From contig CAVWFS010000008.1 of the NCBI GenBank assembly GCA_963754315.1, forward strand, positions 1 to 64,000: a DNA stretch of 64,000 bases, written 5' to 3'. The notes under the pieces were generated by a model. It was not told where the DNA came from. It worked only from the letters and a program-made list of their open reading frames with translations, and ran no database searches. Positions 10,324-20,868 of the stretch are shown piece after piece (the stretch's first letter is position 1; each line of letters starts with the position of its first letter). Source of the DNA: an uncultured Candidatus Rokubacteria bacterium. GTDB lineage: Bacteria > Methylomirabilota > Methylomirabilia > Rokubacteriales > CSP1-6. The translations under genes were made by a program, and so were the position numbers.

Positions 10324-10469
10324 CTGGTACCTCCCGTTCGGGTAGTCGATCGAGTCAGTAATTTTACTCGTTGACATATGTTGAAGACAGGAAGCTGTAC
10401 TACCGCCAAAATTTCCCATTCATAGGAGGATACGGTGAGGACACAGGCCCCAGGCAGGGCAGGAAACGA

Positions 10470-10955
10470 ATGGCGCGCGCCCGAGCAGCCGTGAGGATCG
10501 AACCGGCGACCTGCGTCGACGCGCCCGGCGTCGTCGAGCTCATCGGCCTCGTGTTCGCGGAATACGGCTGGATCTGGGACCCGGCCGTCGAGGTGCCAGA
10601 TCTCCTTCGCTGGGAGGGCTACGAGCCGCCGCGCGGCGCGTTCTTCGTCATCCGCGACGGCGCGCGTGTGGTCGGGTCCGTCGGCGTCGACCGCGTGGAC
10701 GCGCGGACCGCCGAGCTCCACCGCCTCTACCTCAGCCCGCACCTGCGGGGCCAGGGGCTCGGAGAGGCACTCGTCGACACGATCGTCGACTGGTGCCGGG
10801 CGCAGCGCCTCGTCCGCCTGGTGCTGTGGTCGGATACGCGCTTCGAGCACGCGCATCGCCTCTACGAGCGCAAGGGCTTCCGCCGCACGGGTGAACGCGA
10901 GCTCCCGGGAGATGTCAACCAATCCCGCGAGTACGGGTACGAGCGCGACGTCTAG
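10470..10955 (+). CDS. GNAT N-acetyltransferase
   Basis: AELHRLYLSPHLRGQGLG, AHRLYERKGF. Confidence 0.9.
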   Translation: MARARAAVRIEPATCVDAPGVVELIGLVFAEYGWIWDPAVEVPDLLRWEGYEPPRGAFFVIRDGARVVGSVGVDRVDARTAELHRLYLSPHLRGQGLGEALVDTIVDWCRAQRLVRLVLWSDTRFEHAHRLYERKGFRRTGERELPGDVNQSREYGYERDV

Positions 10956-11159
10956 GGCGGCTCACACCGGCACGTCGGTTTGTCGGTCTGATCGACGCCG
11001 AGCGCAGTTTGCCCGGCGAGGGGCGAGCCCCTGCGCTTGGCACAGGAGACCTTCGATGAGCTGTAGACTCCACGATTGCCGGCCGAAACACGTGCAGAAG
11101 CGACAGCGCGGGCGGACAGGGCGGCAGCGCTTCTTACGACCGGACGCGGGAGGGTCGGC

Positions 11160-12128
11160 ATGGGGTCTTCTCGGCTCACGATGGGAGCGGCGCTGATGGT
11201 CGCCGCCGTCTGCAGCGCCGGGACGCCGTCCGGCGCCGAGTGGCGCCAGGACCCGATAGCGAGCTCGTCGTGCGCGCCGGCCACGCTGACCTGCGAGGAG
11301 CTGGTCGCGCTCGGTTACGCCTATCCCTACGCACGGGAGCCTGGCTCGTATCTGTTCATCAACGGCGCTGCCTATCCGTACGTCGAGCTATCCAACGACC
11401 TGCTGGCGCACTCATCGGTCCAGGTCGGCAGCAGGGCAGTGGCCGCCATGAAACTGCTCCAGACCCTGGGCCTGGCGGACCGAATCACGCGCCAGCGCAC
11501 GCCGGTCATCGGCTATGGCTCGAATGCCACCGTGAGCGCCCTGACTCGCAAGTACGTGGCCCCCGGCGTAAGGGAGCCGGCCGTCATCCCAGTCACGCGG
11601 GCGCTGCTGCGTGACTACGACGTGGCCTGGTCGCCGCATCTCGTCTTCAACGGCGCGATGCCGGCCACGATAGTGCGATCGCGCGGGACGGTCGTCGAGG
11701 TCTGGATCAACTGGCTCGACGACCTGGAACTCAAGCGCATGCACGAGACCGAGGGAGCCGGCACGCTCTACTCGTATGGCACCCTGCCGGCGTCCCGGCT
11801 CGCCTCGGAAGTCCCTCTGTCCGAGCCGCCCCACGTCTACGTGGACTGTTCTGGAGCGCTGGCCCTCGATGGCGTCGTGCAAGCGGTCGGTGGCGTTTCC
11901 GCCAAACGCCGCCGCTTTCCCGCGATCGACTCCGAGCAGGCGATGCGCGGTGTCGCGCCGTACGTTGGCTGGACGGGCAGCGTCTTCGCGTTACTCCTCG
12001 ACAACGTGCGGTCTCCTGCTCGCCGCGCTGAGCGCACCCAGACACTCGCCGCGCTGAGCCGATTCATCGATGACCCGGCCTACAAAGCCGAGTGCCCGTG
12101 TGGCACGGCGTCGTGCCCGGTCCCGTAG
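11160..12128 (+). CDS. secreted protein with gamma-glutamylcyclotransferase-like motif
   Basis: Hydrophobic N-terminus; VIGYGSNA and MHETEG resemble GGCT-fold YGSN and D/ExxEG motifs. Confidence 0.6.
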   Translation: MGSSRLTMGAALMVAAVCSAGTPSGAEWRQDPIASSSCAPATLTCEELVALGYAYPYAREPGSYLFINGAAYPYVELSNDLLAHSSVQVGSRAVAAMKLLQTLGLADRITRQRTPVIGYGSNATVSALTRKYVAPGVREPAVIPVTRALLRDYDVAWSPHLVFNGAMPATIVRSRGTVVEVWINWLDDLELKRMHETEGAGTLYSYGTLPASRLASEVPLSEPPHVYVDCSGALALDGVVQAVGGVSAKRRRFPAIDSEQAMRGVAPYVGWTGSVFALLLDNVRSPARRAERTQTLAALSRFIDDPAYKAECPCGTASCPVP

Positions 12129-12173
12129 GCTGCAGCTCCTGTCCTTCGGCATGTCTGCAAGCGCTGCGTCGTC

Positions 12174-12584
12174 TCACCCGAGGCCTCCCATCTGGGAGAC
12201 GAGACGCCACTCGGCCGCCGTGACTGGTTGGACCGACAGGCGCGGCTGCCTGGCCAGGGTCATGCCGGCCAGGCGCTTGTCCGCCTTGATTCGATCGAGG
12301 CCGACCGGCGTCGGCAGGGGCTCTACTGCGGCAACGTCCACGGCGAACCAGGCGGAGTCGGTCGAATCCGCGTGGGCTTCCGCGATGACCTCGACGATGC
12401 CGACGATCGCGCGCTCCTTGCCGGTGTGGTAGAAGAATGCCCGCTCGCCCCTCTTCATGGCGCGCAGATGTTTCTGGGCCGCGAAGTTGCGGATGCCGGT
12501 CCACTCTGCGCCGTCGCGGCCTTTCGCGACTTGCTCGGCCCATGACCAGTCGTCAGGCTCGGATTTCAGCAGCCAGTACGCCAT
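12174..12584 (-). CDS. EVE domain protein
   Basis: MAYWLLKSEP, WTGIRNFAA, FFYHTG, RQPRLSVQPV. Confidence 0.93.
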   Translation of the reverse strand: MAYWLLKSEPDDWSWAEQVAKGRDGAEWTGIRNFAAQKHLRAMKRGERAFFYHTGKERAIVGIVEVIAEAHADSTDSAWFAVDVAAVEPLPTPVGLDRIKADKRLAGMTLARQPRLSVQPVTAAEWRLVSQMGGLG

Positions 12585-12818
12585 GGCACTCATCCTCCTT
12601 TGCCCGGGTCTGACGAGCAGGTCGGACTCGCCGAGGTCATGCATACTTTGCATGCTCGCCGGCCTCTGGTGAGCAGGATTCTCGTCGTGGACGCTTCTGG
12701 CCGTCGCGAGAGGCTTGCCGATGCCAGGAGTTTCCTGTATCAGGAAGCGGGGAGCCAGCTGAATCCGGGCTTCGTTGGGCGGCGCGGTAACAGAAACGGA
12801 CCAGGGAGGATCGCACTC

Positions 12819-13682
12819 ATGATGGCAACGGACGTGTACCCGGGCAAGGATCTGGGGACCCTCGAACTCACGATCACCGACGAGATGGTCCAGCAATACA
12901 TCAAGGGGCTCGACGAGCCGAACCCCTGGTACACGACGACGTCGCCCTTTGGCGGGCCGGTGGCCCCGGTGATCGTCTACCAGGATGCGGACAGCCAGTT
13001 CAAAGGCTGGTATCTCGACAACCTCTTCGGCAACCTGTGGCGGCGTCAGGAATGGGAGATCTATGCTCCGACGCGTGTCGGACAGGCCCTGCACTGCAGC
13101 GCGCGGGTGGCGGATCGCTACCGGAGGCGCGATCGCGACGTCGTCGCGCTTGAGATGTGGGTGCGAGATCAGGCCGGACAGCTTGTTGCGCGTAGCGTCC
13201 ATCATCAGAGTTTCTTGGCGGAGCAGACGAGCGGCGAGGTCACGCTGCGCGATCCGGCGAGCAAGGAGGGCACGAGACAAGGGGTCGAGCCCTCCGGTGA
13301 GCCGCTGCCGGTGGAACTTCGGAAGACATTCACCGAAGCGATGTGCAACGAGTTCTTCTACCGCAGCCGGAACTATCACAACGACAAGGTCGCCTCGAAA
13401 GAGCTCGGCTTCGGGGACACGGTAATCGGGGGCCGCATGACGCTCTCATGCGTCACCGAGCTCCTGACACGGCATTTCGGTCGCGGCTTCTACCTGGGCG
13501 GACGCCTGGACGTGAAATTCACCAACGTGCTGTGGCCGAACGAGCACTTCACCACGCGCGGGATCATCACGGGCCGTCGCGTCGAGGGCGGTCAGACGCG
13601 CGCCGACGTCACTGTCTTTTGCGAAAAGCCCGACGGAACCAAGATCATCGTGGCCAACGCGAGCGCCATCGAGGGGTGTTGA
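12819..13682 (+). CDS. MaoC-like double hot-dog dehydratase
   Basis: Two hot-dog halves; SPFGGPVAP and NYHNDKVASKELGFGDTVIGG...LDVKFTNVLWP. Confidence 0.75.
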   Translation: MMATDVYPGKDLGTLELTITDEMVQQYIKGLDEPNPWYTTTSPFGGPVAPVIVYQDADSQFKGWYLDNLFGNLWRRQEWEIYAPTRVGQALHCSARVADRYRRRDRDVVALEMWVRDQAGQLVARSVHHQSFLAEQTSGEVTLRDPASKEGTRQGVEPSGEPLPVELRKTFTEAMCNEFFYRSRNYHNDKVASKELGFGDTVIGGRMTLSCVTELLTRHFGRGFYLGGRLDVKFTNVLWPNEHFTTRGIITGRRVEGGQTRADVTVFCEKPDGTKIIVANASAIEGC

Positions 13683-14011
13683 CGACGATCATGTGCCGAC
13701 CTACCCTCCCATCCACCGTGTCCCTTTGTCGAAGCGACGCCGGACTCGGCTGGTAGAGCAGCTGCCGGGTCGGCTTGCCGACCTTCGCCACCGCGCGGGA
13801 CCAGTTGCCCCCTCTAGTCCCGCGCGGCGAACCTCAGGATCGCTATCGTGCAGGTGGCATCGACAAGCCTTCCTCGGACGCGGCGTAGCTTCAACCGATA
13901 GAAATTGCGCCGGAGCGTCGACATCGTAAGGCGCCCACCCTTACGTCGAAGGCTAGGCGCCGGAATTCCGGCGTTCGGCGAGTGTTGTGGCTGAGGGTCC
14001 AGCGGGTGTAG

Positions 14012-15067
14012 CTACCCGGCCAGAGCGATGCCGCCGCGCAGCGCGCCCGGCTCGATTGACCCCCATAGCGCCTCGAAGCCCTCAGGCAGCGCGCGGCTGT
14101 TGGGCATCGACAGCCACAGCCGCATGAGGAACCGGTCATGGTTCGGACGCGGGTCGTCCTCGTATGTGGAGCGGGCGTGGTAGACGACGTGGTTGTTCAG
14201 CAGCTGGAGATCGCCGGCTCGTAACTGCATGCCGTAGCACAGCTCCTCACAGACCTCGGCCCACAGGTCGAGCGCCTCGTTCTGAGCGGGGGTTAACGGC
14301 GGCACGCCGGGGGCACCCTGGGCGTTCTCGACGAACGTCCGCGAGTACTGGCTGGTGAGACGACCGTCGCGCAGGCCGAAGACCGGCATCGTGTAGTACC
14401 GCTGCTTGCCGCCAGCCTCCCCCTCCCGGACGTGGTAATAGGGCGCGCACAGCAGGGCGTGCAGGTCCGGGCGTCGCTCGAGGATGGTGTTGTACACGGC
14501 GGCCGACGAGACGACCTTGCTGAGGCCACCCGTGAGCGCTGGTCGCACGCACAACAAGGTAACAACGTCCACACGGTCAGTGTGGAACCGCAACGGCCCG
14601 GCCGAGCGTGCCTTGTTGCGCGAGGAGCGCGGCTCGCCCGCCTTCACCGGATCCACCTCGCGCACCGCGCCGTACAGGCGGTTCTCATCCCGGACGTCGC
14701 CGATCAGCTCCCCGTTGCCGTTCTGGTAACGCGGCGTGCCGAGGTGCAGTCCGAGGCCCCAGTAGAGGATCCGCAGCTCATCCTCGCTGTAGCGCTCGAC
14801 CGGGATCCGGCGCAGGAGCACCAGGCCGCGGCCGTGCTCGAGCGCCTCGCTCACTTCGGCCAGTGTGCGATCGAGGGTGGGGATCGGGAAATCTTCACGG
14901 CTCAACTGCGACCAGGCCTGGCCGCGTCGCTGCACGATGCGGAGCGCGGCGTCCAGCTCATCGACCTCCGCCGGCTCGAGCGAGCGAACCCAGTCGGTGC
15001 CCCGCGCGAGGTGCTCCCCGCGCCACACCATCGGCCCCGCAAGGGATGTCGATGGCGCCCCGCTCAC
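14012..15067 (-). CDS. TauD/TfdA family Fe(II)/2-oxoglutarate dioxygenase
   Basis: FHTD (HxD), GDLQLLNNHVVYHAR, RFLMRLWL. Confidence 0.92.
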   Translation of the reverse strand: MSGAPSTSLAGPMVWRGEHLARGTDWVRSLEPAEVDELDAALRIVQRRGQAWSQLSREDFPIPTLDRTLAEVSEALEHGRGLVLLRRIPVERYSEDELRILYWGLGLHLGTPRYQNGNGELIGDVRDENRLYGAVREVDPVKAGEPRSSRNKARSAGPLRFHTDRVDVVTLLCVRPALTGGLSKVVSSAAVYNTILERRPDLHALLCAPYYHVREGEAGGKQRYYTMPVFGLRDGRLTSQYSRTFVENAQGAPGVPPLTPAQNEALDLWAEVCEELCYGMQLRAGDLQLLNNHVVYHARSTYEDDPRPNHDRFLMRLWLSMPNSRALPEGFEALWGSIEPGALRGGIALAG

Positions 15068-15229
15068 GAGCCGATTCCCTTCAGCAGCGCAGCGATGGCG
15101 GGCAGCATGTCAACCCTCATCGTCGTCATCTTCCTGTCTCCCGTTGCCCGGACGATTCTACGCCGTCCCGAAACGTCTCCCGGTTGATCCGGCCAACCCG
15201 TTGTCGAGGAGCCGGCCAGGAGCATTTTC

Positions 15230-16738
15230 TCAGTCAGCGCTCTCAGCGAACGCCGCTTCTCGGGTCTTGCTGAAGGCGGGTAGCAGCACGGCACACATCG
15301 CCAGTACCGCCAGCGCGAGCAGCGCCGCGCTGATTGGGCGCTGGACGAACACCCACGGATTTCCGCGCGAGATCAACAAGGCGCGACGTAGATACTCCTC
15401 CATCAACGGCCCGAGGATAAATGCAAGCAGCAACGGCGCCGGCTCACAGCCCAGTTTGACGAAGAGGTAGCCGAGCAGGCCGAAGAGTCCCATGAGGTAG
15501 ATGTCGAACTCGCTGTTGTTCAGGCTGAATACTCCGATGCCACAGAACACCAGGATCGCGGGATACAAGAGCTGATAGGGAACCATGATCATGCGGACCC
15601 ACAGCCCGATCAGGGGCAGATTGAGAATGACGAGCAAGAGGTTCCCGATCCACATGGAGACGATGACGCCCCACACGAGGGCCGGCTGCTCCTTCATCAC
15701 CGAGGGGCCCGGCTGGATGCCTTGGATGATCATGGCGCCGATCATGAGCGCCATCACCGGATTGGAGGGAATCCCCAGGGTCAGCATGGGGATGAACGAG
15801 GTCTGGGCGCCGGCGTTGTTGGCTGATTCGGGAGCCGCTACCCCTTCAATCGCGCCTTTGCCGAACTCCGCCGCGTTCTTCGAGATCTTCTTTTCAATCG
15901 AGTACGCCGCGAACGCGCCCAGGATCGAGCCGCTACCCGGCAAGATACCGACGGCCGAGCCAATCGCGGTCCCGCGCAGAATCGGCGCGATCATCCGCTT
16001 CCAGTCCTCCCGGGTGGGCATGAGGCTGGTAACGGCGGTCACCATCGTCGAGCGGCCCTCTTCCTGCTCCAGGTTGCGAATGATCTCGGCCAGCCCGAAC
16101 ATGCCCATGGCGACCACGACGAAACCGATGCCATCGGCCAGCTGGGGAATGTCAAAGGTGTACCGCTGCACGCCGGAGGTAACGTCCGTGCCGATCAGTC
16201 CCAGCAACAGCCCGAGCACGACCATGCCAATCGCGTGCAGCAAGGAGCCTTGGGCCAGCACCACCGAGGCGACCAGCCCGAGCACCATGAGCGAGAAATA
16301 GTCGGCCGGGCCAAACTGGAGGGCGATCTCGGAGAGGGGAGGCGCGAACAAGGCGAGAAGCAGAGTGGCCACGGTGCCGGCGAAGAAGGAGCCGATGGCT
16401 GCCGTGGCCAAGGCGACGCCGGCGCGGCCGCGGCGTGCCATCTGATAGCCGTCGAGGGTGGTGACCACCGACGCCGCTTCCCCTGGCAGATTGACCAGGA
16501 TGGACGTGGTGGAACCGCCGTACTGGGAGCCGTAGTAAATCCCGGCGAGCATGATCAGGGCCGAGATCGGCGGCAGGGCGAACGTGAGCGGCAGCAGCAT
16601 GGCAATGGTGGCGGTCGGTCCGAGGCCAGGTAACACGCCGATCAAGGTGCCGAGAAACACGCCGATGAGACAGTAGAGCAGGTTGATCGGCGTGATGGCC
16701 GTGCTCAGGCCCAGACCGAGGTTAGCGATCAGTTCCAT
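15230..16738 (-). CDS. tctA: tripartite tricarboxylate transporter large permease
   Basis: GVLPGLG, IYYGSQYGGSTTSILVNLPGE, GVAAPESANNA, LTLGIP. Confidence 0.95.
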   Translation of the reverse strand: MELIANLGLGLSTAITPINLLYCLIGVFLGTLIGVLPGLGPTATIAMLLPLTFALPPISALIMLAGIYYGSQYGGSTTSILVNLPGEAASVVTTLDGYQMARRGRAGVALATAAIGSFFAGTVATLLLALFAPPLSEIALQFGPADYFSLMVLGLVASVVLAQGSLLHAIGMVVLGLLLGLIGTDVTSGVQRYTFDIPQLADGIGFVVVAMGMFGLAEIIRNLEQEEGRSTMVTAVTSLMPTREDWKRMIAPILRGTAIGSAVGILPGSGSILGAFAAYSIEKKISKNAAEFGKGAIEGVAAPESANNAGAQTSFIPMLTLGIPSNPVMALMIGAMIIQGIQPGPSVMKEQPALVWGVIVSMWIGNLLLVILNLPLIGLWVRMIMVPYQLLYPAILVFCGIGVFSLNNSEFDIYLMGLFGLLGYLFVKLGCEPAPLLLAFILGPLMEEYLRRALLISRGNPWVFVQRPISAALLALAVLAMCAVLLPAFSKTREAAFAESAD

Positions 16739-16768
16739 CAAAAATGCCCCCGGGAGCAACACGGCACT

Positions 16769-17224
16769 TCATCCGCCGAACCACGAGCCCAGTATCGGCA
16801 GCGGCACCCCCAATCCCTTCAGAAACACGAGAACGCAAAAAAGGGTCAACCCGGCGGCGAGCGCGATCGATGGCCTCCAGCGGAATTGGGCGCTAGCCCG
16901 GGCACTCACCATCACAAGCAAGGCTAGCGCTATGGCGAGGCCGGCTCGTCGAACGAGGAGGCCGAACAGGAAGGTCGAGCCGACCACCAGCAGAAGCCCC
17001 TTGACGGCGAAGCGACCGATCGGAGCCGGTGGTCCCACGAAGGAACGGCCCACCGCGATGATCCCGATGAGGGTGAGGAGGGCGCCCAGCACTATCGGGA
17101 AGTAGCCGGGGCCCATCTTGATGGCGGTCCCCATTCCGTAATCCGTAGCGAGGAGGACCGCGCTCAGGCCGAAGAAAATATAGATGAGGCCCGTCCAGAA
17201 GTCCTTGGCGCTACGAATCACCAT
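16769..17224 (-). CDS. tctB: tripartite tricarboxylate transporter small permease
   Basis: MGPGYFP motif, about 4 TM helices, lies between tctC and tctA. Confidence 0.92.
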   Translation of the reverse strand: MVIRSAKDFWTGLIYIFFGLSAVLLATDYGMGTAIKMGPGYFPIVLGALLTLIGIIAVGRSFVGPPAPIGRFAVKGLLLVVGSTFLFGLLVRRAGLAIALALLVMVSARASAQFRWRPSIALAAGLTLFCVLVFLKGLGVPLPILGSWFGG

Positions 17225-17233
17225 GCCCGCCAA

Positions 17234-18207
17234 TCAGTCGGCGTAGGCGCCTGCTTTCTTGATGATCGGCGCCCATTTGTCGATCTCGGCCTTCAGCTGC
17301 GCCCGCAACGCGTCGGGAGTCGCCGCCTTCTCTGATACTGGTTCGGCGCCGAGTTCGGCAAAGCGCTGCTTCACCGTGCGGTCCTTGATTGCGTCCTGGA
17401 GCGCCTTGGCGATCTTGTCGATCACCGGCTTCGGCGTGCCCTTGGGGGCATAGAGGCCGTGCCAGATCGAGATCTCGAAGCCTTTCAAACCAGCCTCGTC
17501 CATGGTCGGCACATTGGGCAAGGAAGCGAGACGTTGTTTGGTCGTCACGCCATAGACCTTGATCTTTTCCCCTTTGATCTGGCTCGTGGTGTTCGTGGTT
17601 TGGTCGCACATGAGATCCACCTGCCCCCCAGGAGATCATTCATGGCGGGGGCCGTGCCCTTGTAGGGGACGGTGGTGAGATCGGTGTCGATGGCAGTCAT
17701 GAAAAGCATGCCGCACAGATGAGACGCCGCCCCCAGCCCGGCATTGGCGTAGGTCACCTTATCTTTGTTCTTCTTCACGTACGCAATCAGCTCTTTCAGG
17801 TCCTTGGGCGGGAAGTCCTTCTTCGCCACGAGAGTCATGGGAGTGTCGTTGACGAGGCCAATTGGCTCAAAGTCGGTGATGGCGTTATACGGGAGCTTCC
17901 GGTAGAGGGCGGGCGCCGTGGACATACCGATATGGTGGAGGAGAATTGTGTATCCATCCGGGGCGGCCTTGGCAACCCGGTTGGTGGCGATGGTTCCGCC
18001 GGCGCCACCGACGTTCTCCACGACAATCTGCTGCTTGAGGGAGGCGCTCATGGCCTGGCCAACGAGGCGGGCTACCGTGTCCGTGGGCCCGCCCGCCGCG
18101 AAGGGGACGACCAGGGTAATGACCTTGCTCGGGTACTCCTGGGCCGCTCCGGGCGATACACCGAGTAAGACGAGACTGACGATGAGGGAGAAAATTAGGG
18201 CTGTCAC
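17234..18207 (-). CDS. tctC: Bug/TctC substrate-binding protein, frameshift at ~17625
   Basis: VVPFAAGGPTD, VENVGGAGG, APDGYT, VPYKGTAPA. Frame switches in the C6 run at 17624-17629 (LLGG/QVDLMCDQ). Confidence 0.9.
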
Positions 18208-18442
18208 GTTCCCTCCCGACTTTCGTGTGTGATGGCCCGCGTTTGCGGAGCGCGAAAGGCGAGGGAAGAATACACGGAACTATGTTGGGCCTCAAGGCAC
18301 AGCGAGGAACGTTATCCCCCGATGCAACTTGTTGGTTATGCTGGTTAGGTGATCCCTCCGTTCGCACGGCCCGCCGATACCAGGACGCGGGCAACGCGGC
18401 AGGCGTAGCCGGCCCGTCAGAACATCGAAGCCACGACGCGTC

Positions 18443-19693
18443 GTGACTGAGACAGCTAAACAGGGAACCGTCGGTCTCTCACCCGAGACGCTGGTGGAGT
18501 CCGCCTACGCGTGGCGGCGCCTCGTCGCCTCCCTGGCCCTCAGCACAATCGGGGGCGTCGGTTTGTGGTCGGTCGTCGTCGTGTTGCCGGCGGTGCAGGC
18601 CGAGTTCGGGGTCGCACGCAGCAGCGCCTCTTTGCCCTACACGGCCACGATGCTGGGCTTCGCCGTCGGTGGGCTCTTCATGGGTCGTATCGCCGACCGC
18701 TTCGGGATCGTGAAGCCACTCGTCGTGGGCGCTCTCGCGCTTGGCCTGGGCTATCTGCTGACAGCCCAGGCGGCCAGCCTCGGGGAGTTCGCGCTGGCCC
18801 AGGGTTTGGTCGTCGGCCTCCTCGGCAGTTCCGTCACATTCGGACCGCTCGTCGCGGATATCTCGCACTGGTTCACACGCCACCGCGGCATCGCCGTCTC
18901 GGTATGTGCGAGCGGGAACTACCTGGCCGGCGCGGTCTGGCCCCCGATCCTCCAGCACTTCACCGCGACGCGTGGATGGCGGGCGACCTTGATCGGCATC
19001 GGCGTGTTCTGTTCCCTGACCATGCTGCCGCTTATCATCGCGCTTCGCCATCGCTCGCCGGTCTCGCGCGTACCGGTGGCGAAGGCAATCGTGGCGACCG
19101 AAGCCGGCCGACGGCAGGTCGCGCCCGGCCGCCTGCAGGCGCTCCTCATGGTCGCGGGCGTGGCGTGCTGCGTCGCCATGTCGATGCCGCAGGTGCACAT
19201 CGTCGCCTACTCGAGCGACCTTGGTCACGGCGTCGCCCACGGCGCGGAGATGCTGTCCGCCATGCTGGGCATGGGCGTGGTCAGCCGCCTCGTCTCGGGG
19301 TGGATTGCCGATCGCGTTGGCGGCGTGCCAACGCTGATCCTGGGATCGGCCCTGCAGTGCCTGGTGCTGGCGCTCTATCTGCCGTTCGACGGCCTGGTCT
19401 CGCTCTACGTGGTCTCCGCGCTCTTCGGCTTGGCCCAGGGCGGGATCGTGCCAAGCTATGCCGTCATCGTGCGGGAGTACTTTGCCCCACAGGAAGCGGG
19501 GATGCGCATTGGCGGCGTGGTGATGGCCACGATCCTCGGGATGGCGCTCGGCGGCTGGCTCTCAGGGGCGATCTTCGACCTGACTGGCTCGTACCGTCTG
19601 GCTTTTGTCAATGGCATCGCCTGGAATCTGCTCAATCTCGCGATCGCGGTCTGGCTGCTGGGCCAGCCGCGCCGCATCGCGGCGTTCGCCTAA
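18443..19693 (+). CDS. MFS transporter
   Basis: About 12 TM helices; GRIADRFG and GWIADRVG motif A in both halves. Confidence 0.92.
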   Translation: MTETAKQGTVGLSPETLVESAYAWRRLVASLALSTIGGVGLWSVVVVLPAVQAEFGVARSSASLPYTATMLGFAVGGLFMGRIADRFGIVKPLVVGALALGLGYLLTAQAASLGEFALAQGLVVGLLGSSVTFGPLVADISHWFTRHRGIAVSVCASGNYLAGAVWPPILQHFTATRGWRATLIGIGVFCSLTMLPLIIALRHRSPVSRVPVAKAIVATEAGRRQVAPGRLQALLMVAGVACCVAMSMPQVHIVAYSSDLGHGVAHGAEMLSAMLGMGVVSRLVSGWIADRVGGVPTLILGSALQCLVLALYLPFDGLVSLYVVSALFGLAQGGIVPSYAVIVREYFAPQEAGMRIGGVVMATILGMALGGWLSGAIFDLTGSYRLAFVNGIAWNLLNLAIAVWLLGQPRRIAAFA

Positions 19694-19805
19694 GGCCGAC
19701 TCGTTGCTGGACGTTATCCCTCGGGGGCATGCATGGACTATGCTTACCTTAGCAAATTGGCACGAACACGTGACGAGGGCGAAGGCCGGCAACGGACGAC
19801 GACAC

Positions 19806-20862
19806 ATGAGAAAGGAACGTCGTTTTTCTCGGAGATCGGAAGCTGGAGCTCAGGGAGTTCCCCGATCCGACCCCAGGCCCCCGAGACGTGGTCCTCGAGG
19901 TCAAGGCGTCGGGTATGTGCGGCAGCGACCTGCACAACTATCGCGCCTCAGCGCAGCCGGCCGGGACCGTGACCGGCGGTATCAAGCGGGAGGCGGGGGT
20001 GATCGCCGGCCACGAACCTTGCGGCATCGTCGCGGCAGTAGGTGCCGGCGTCACCGAGAAGGAGGCGCGGGTTGGCCAGCGCGTCATGGATCACCACTAT
20101 GCTGGTTGCGGCAACTGCAAACACTGCCGAGCCGGCTGGACACAGATGTGCCTCGAAGGCACGGTGGTCTACGGTTCGGGCGGGCACGGAGGGCACGCGA
20201 GGTACATGAAGGTCCCGGTGTCGACCTTGGTGCCGCTGCCGGATTCGCTCTCCTTCGTCACGGGTGCCGCGATCTCCTGCGGCACGGGCACCGCCTGGGG
20301 CGCGCTGAGGCGACTCAATCTGCGAGGCGGCGAGACGATTGCCATCTTCGGGCAGGGTCCGGTGGGGTTGTCGGCGACGCAGTTTGCCGTCGCCATGGGC
20401 GCCCACGTCATCGCCATCGACATCTCGCCCGACCGCCGCAAGCTCGCCCAGCAGTTCGGCGCGCACGAGGTCATCGACGCCAAATCGACCGACATGGTGG
20501 CGGCGATCCGCGGCCTGACCCACGGCGAGGGCGCGCACAAGACCTTGGACGCCTCCTCGGCGCCGGAAGCCCGCGCGGCGGCGGTGCGCTCGGTGCGCTC
20601 GTGGGGCACGGCGTGCTTCGTCGGCGAGCGGGGCCAGGTGACCCTGGACGTCAGTCCGGATCTCTTGCGCCGGCAGGTGACGCTGGTTGGCTCCTGGACG
20701 TTCTCGAAGCAGGGCCAGGCCGAATGCGCCGAGTTCGTCGCCGACCTGAACGTGGACGTGGAGAAGCTCTTCACGCACCGCTGGAAGCTCGAGCAGGCGG
20801 AAGAAGCCTACAGGCTCTTCGACACGCAGACGACGGGCAAGGCTGTCATCCTGCCCTCCTGA
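19806..20862 (+). CDS. zinc-dependent alcohol dehydrogenase (MDR), indel just after the start
   Basis: GMCGSDLH, GHEPCG, CGNCKHC...C, GQGPVG. The N-terminal VVFLGDRKLELREFPDP is out of frame with ATG 19806. Confidence 0.9.
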
Positions 20863-20868
20863 GTGGCT

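Noticed and set aside
12585..13379. N-terminal extension of the EVE protein (401-aa ORF)
   Set aside because: Antisense to the MaoC-like gene; the EVE domain has its own RBS and start at 12584.
13925..13973. Inverted repeat CGTAAGG..CCTTACG and 16-bp palindrome CGCCGGAATTCCGGCG
   Set aside because: Single occurrences between convergent genes, without U tract or further copies; function cannot be assigned.
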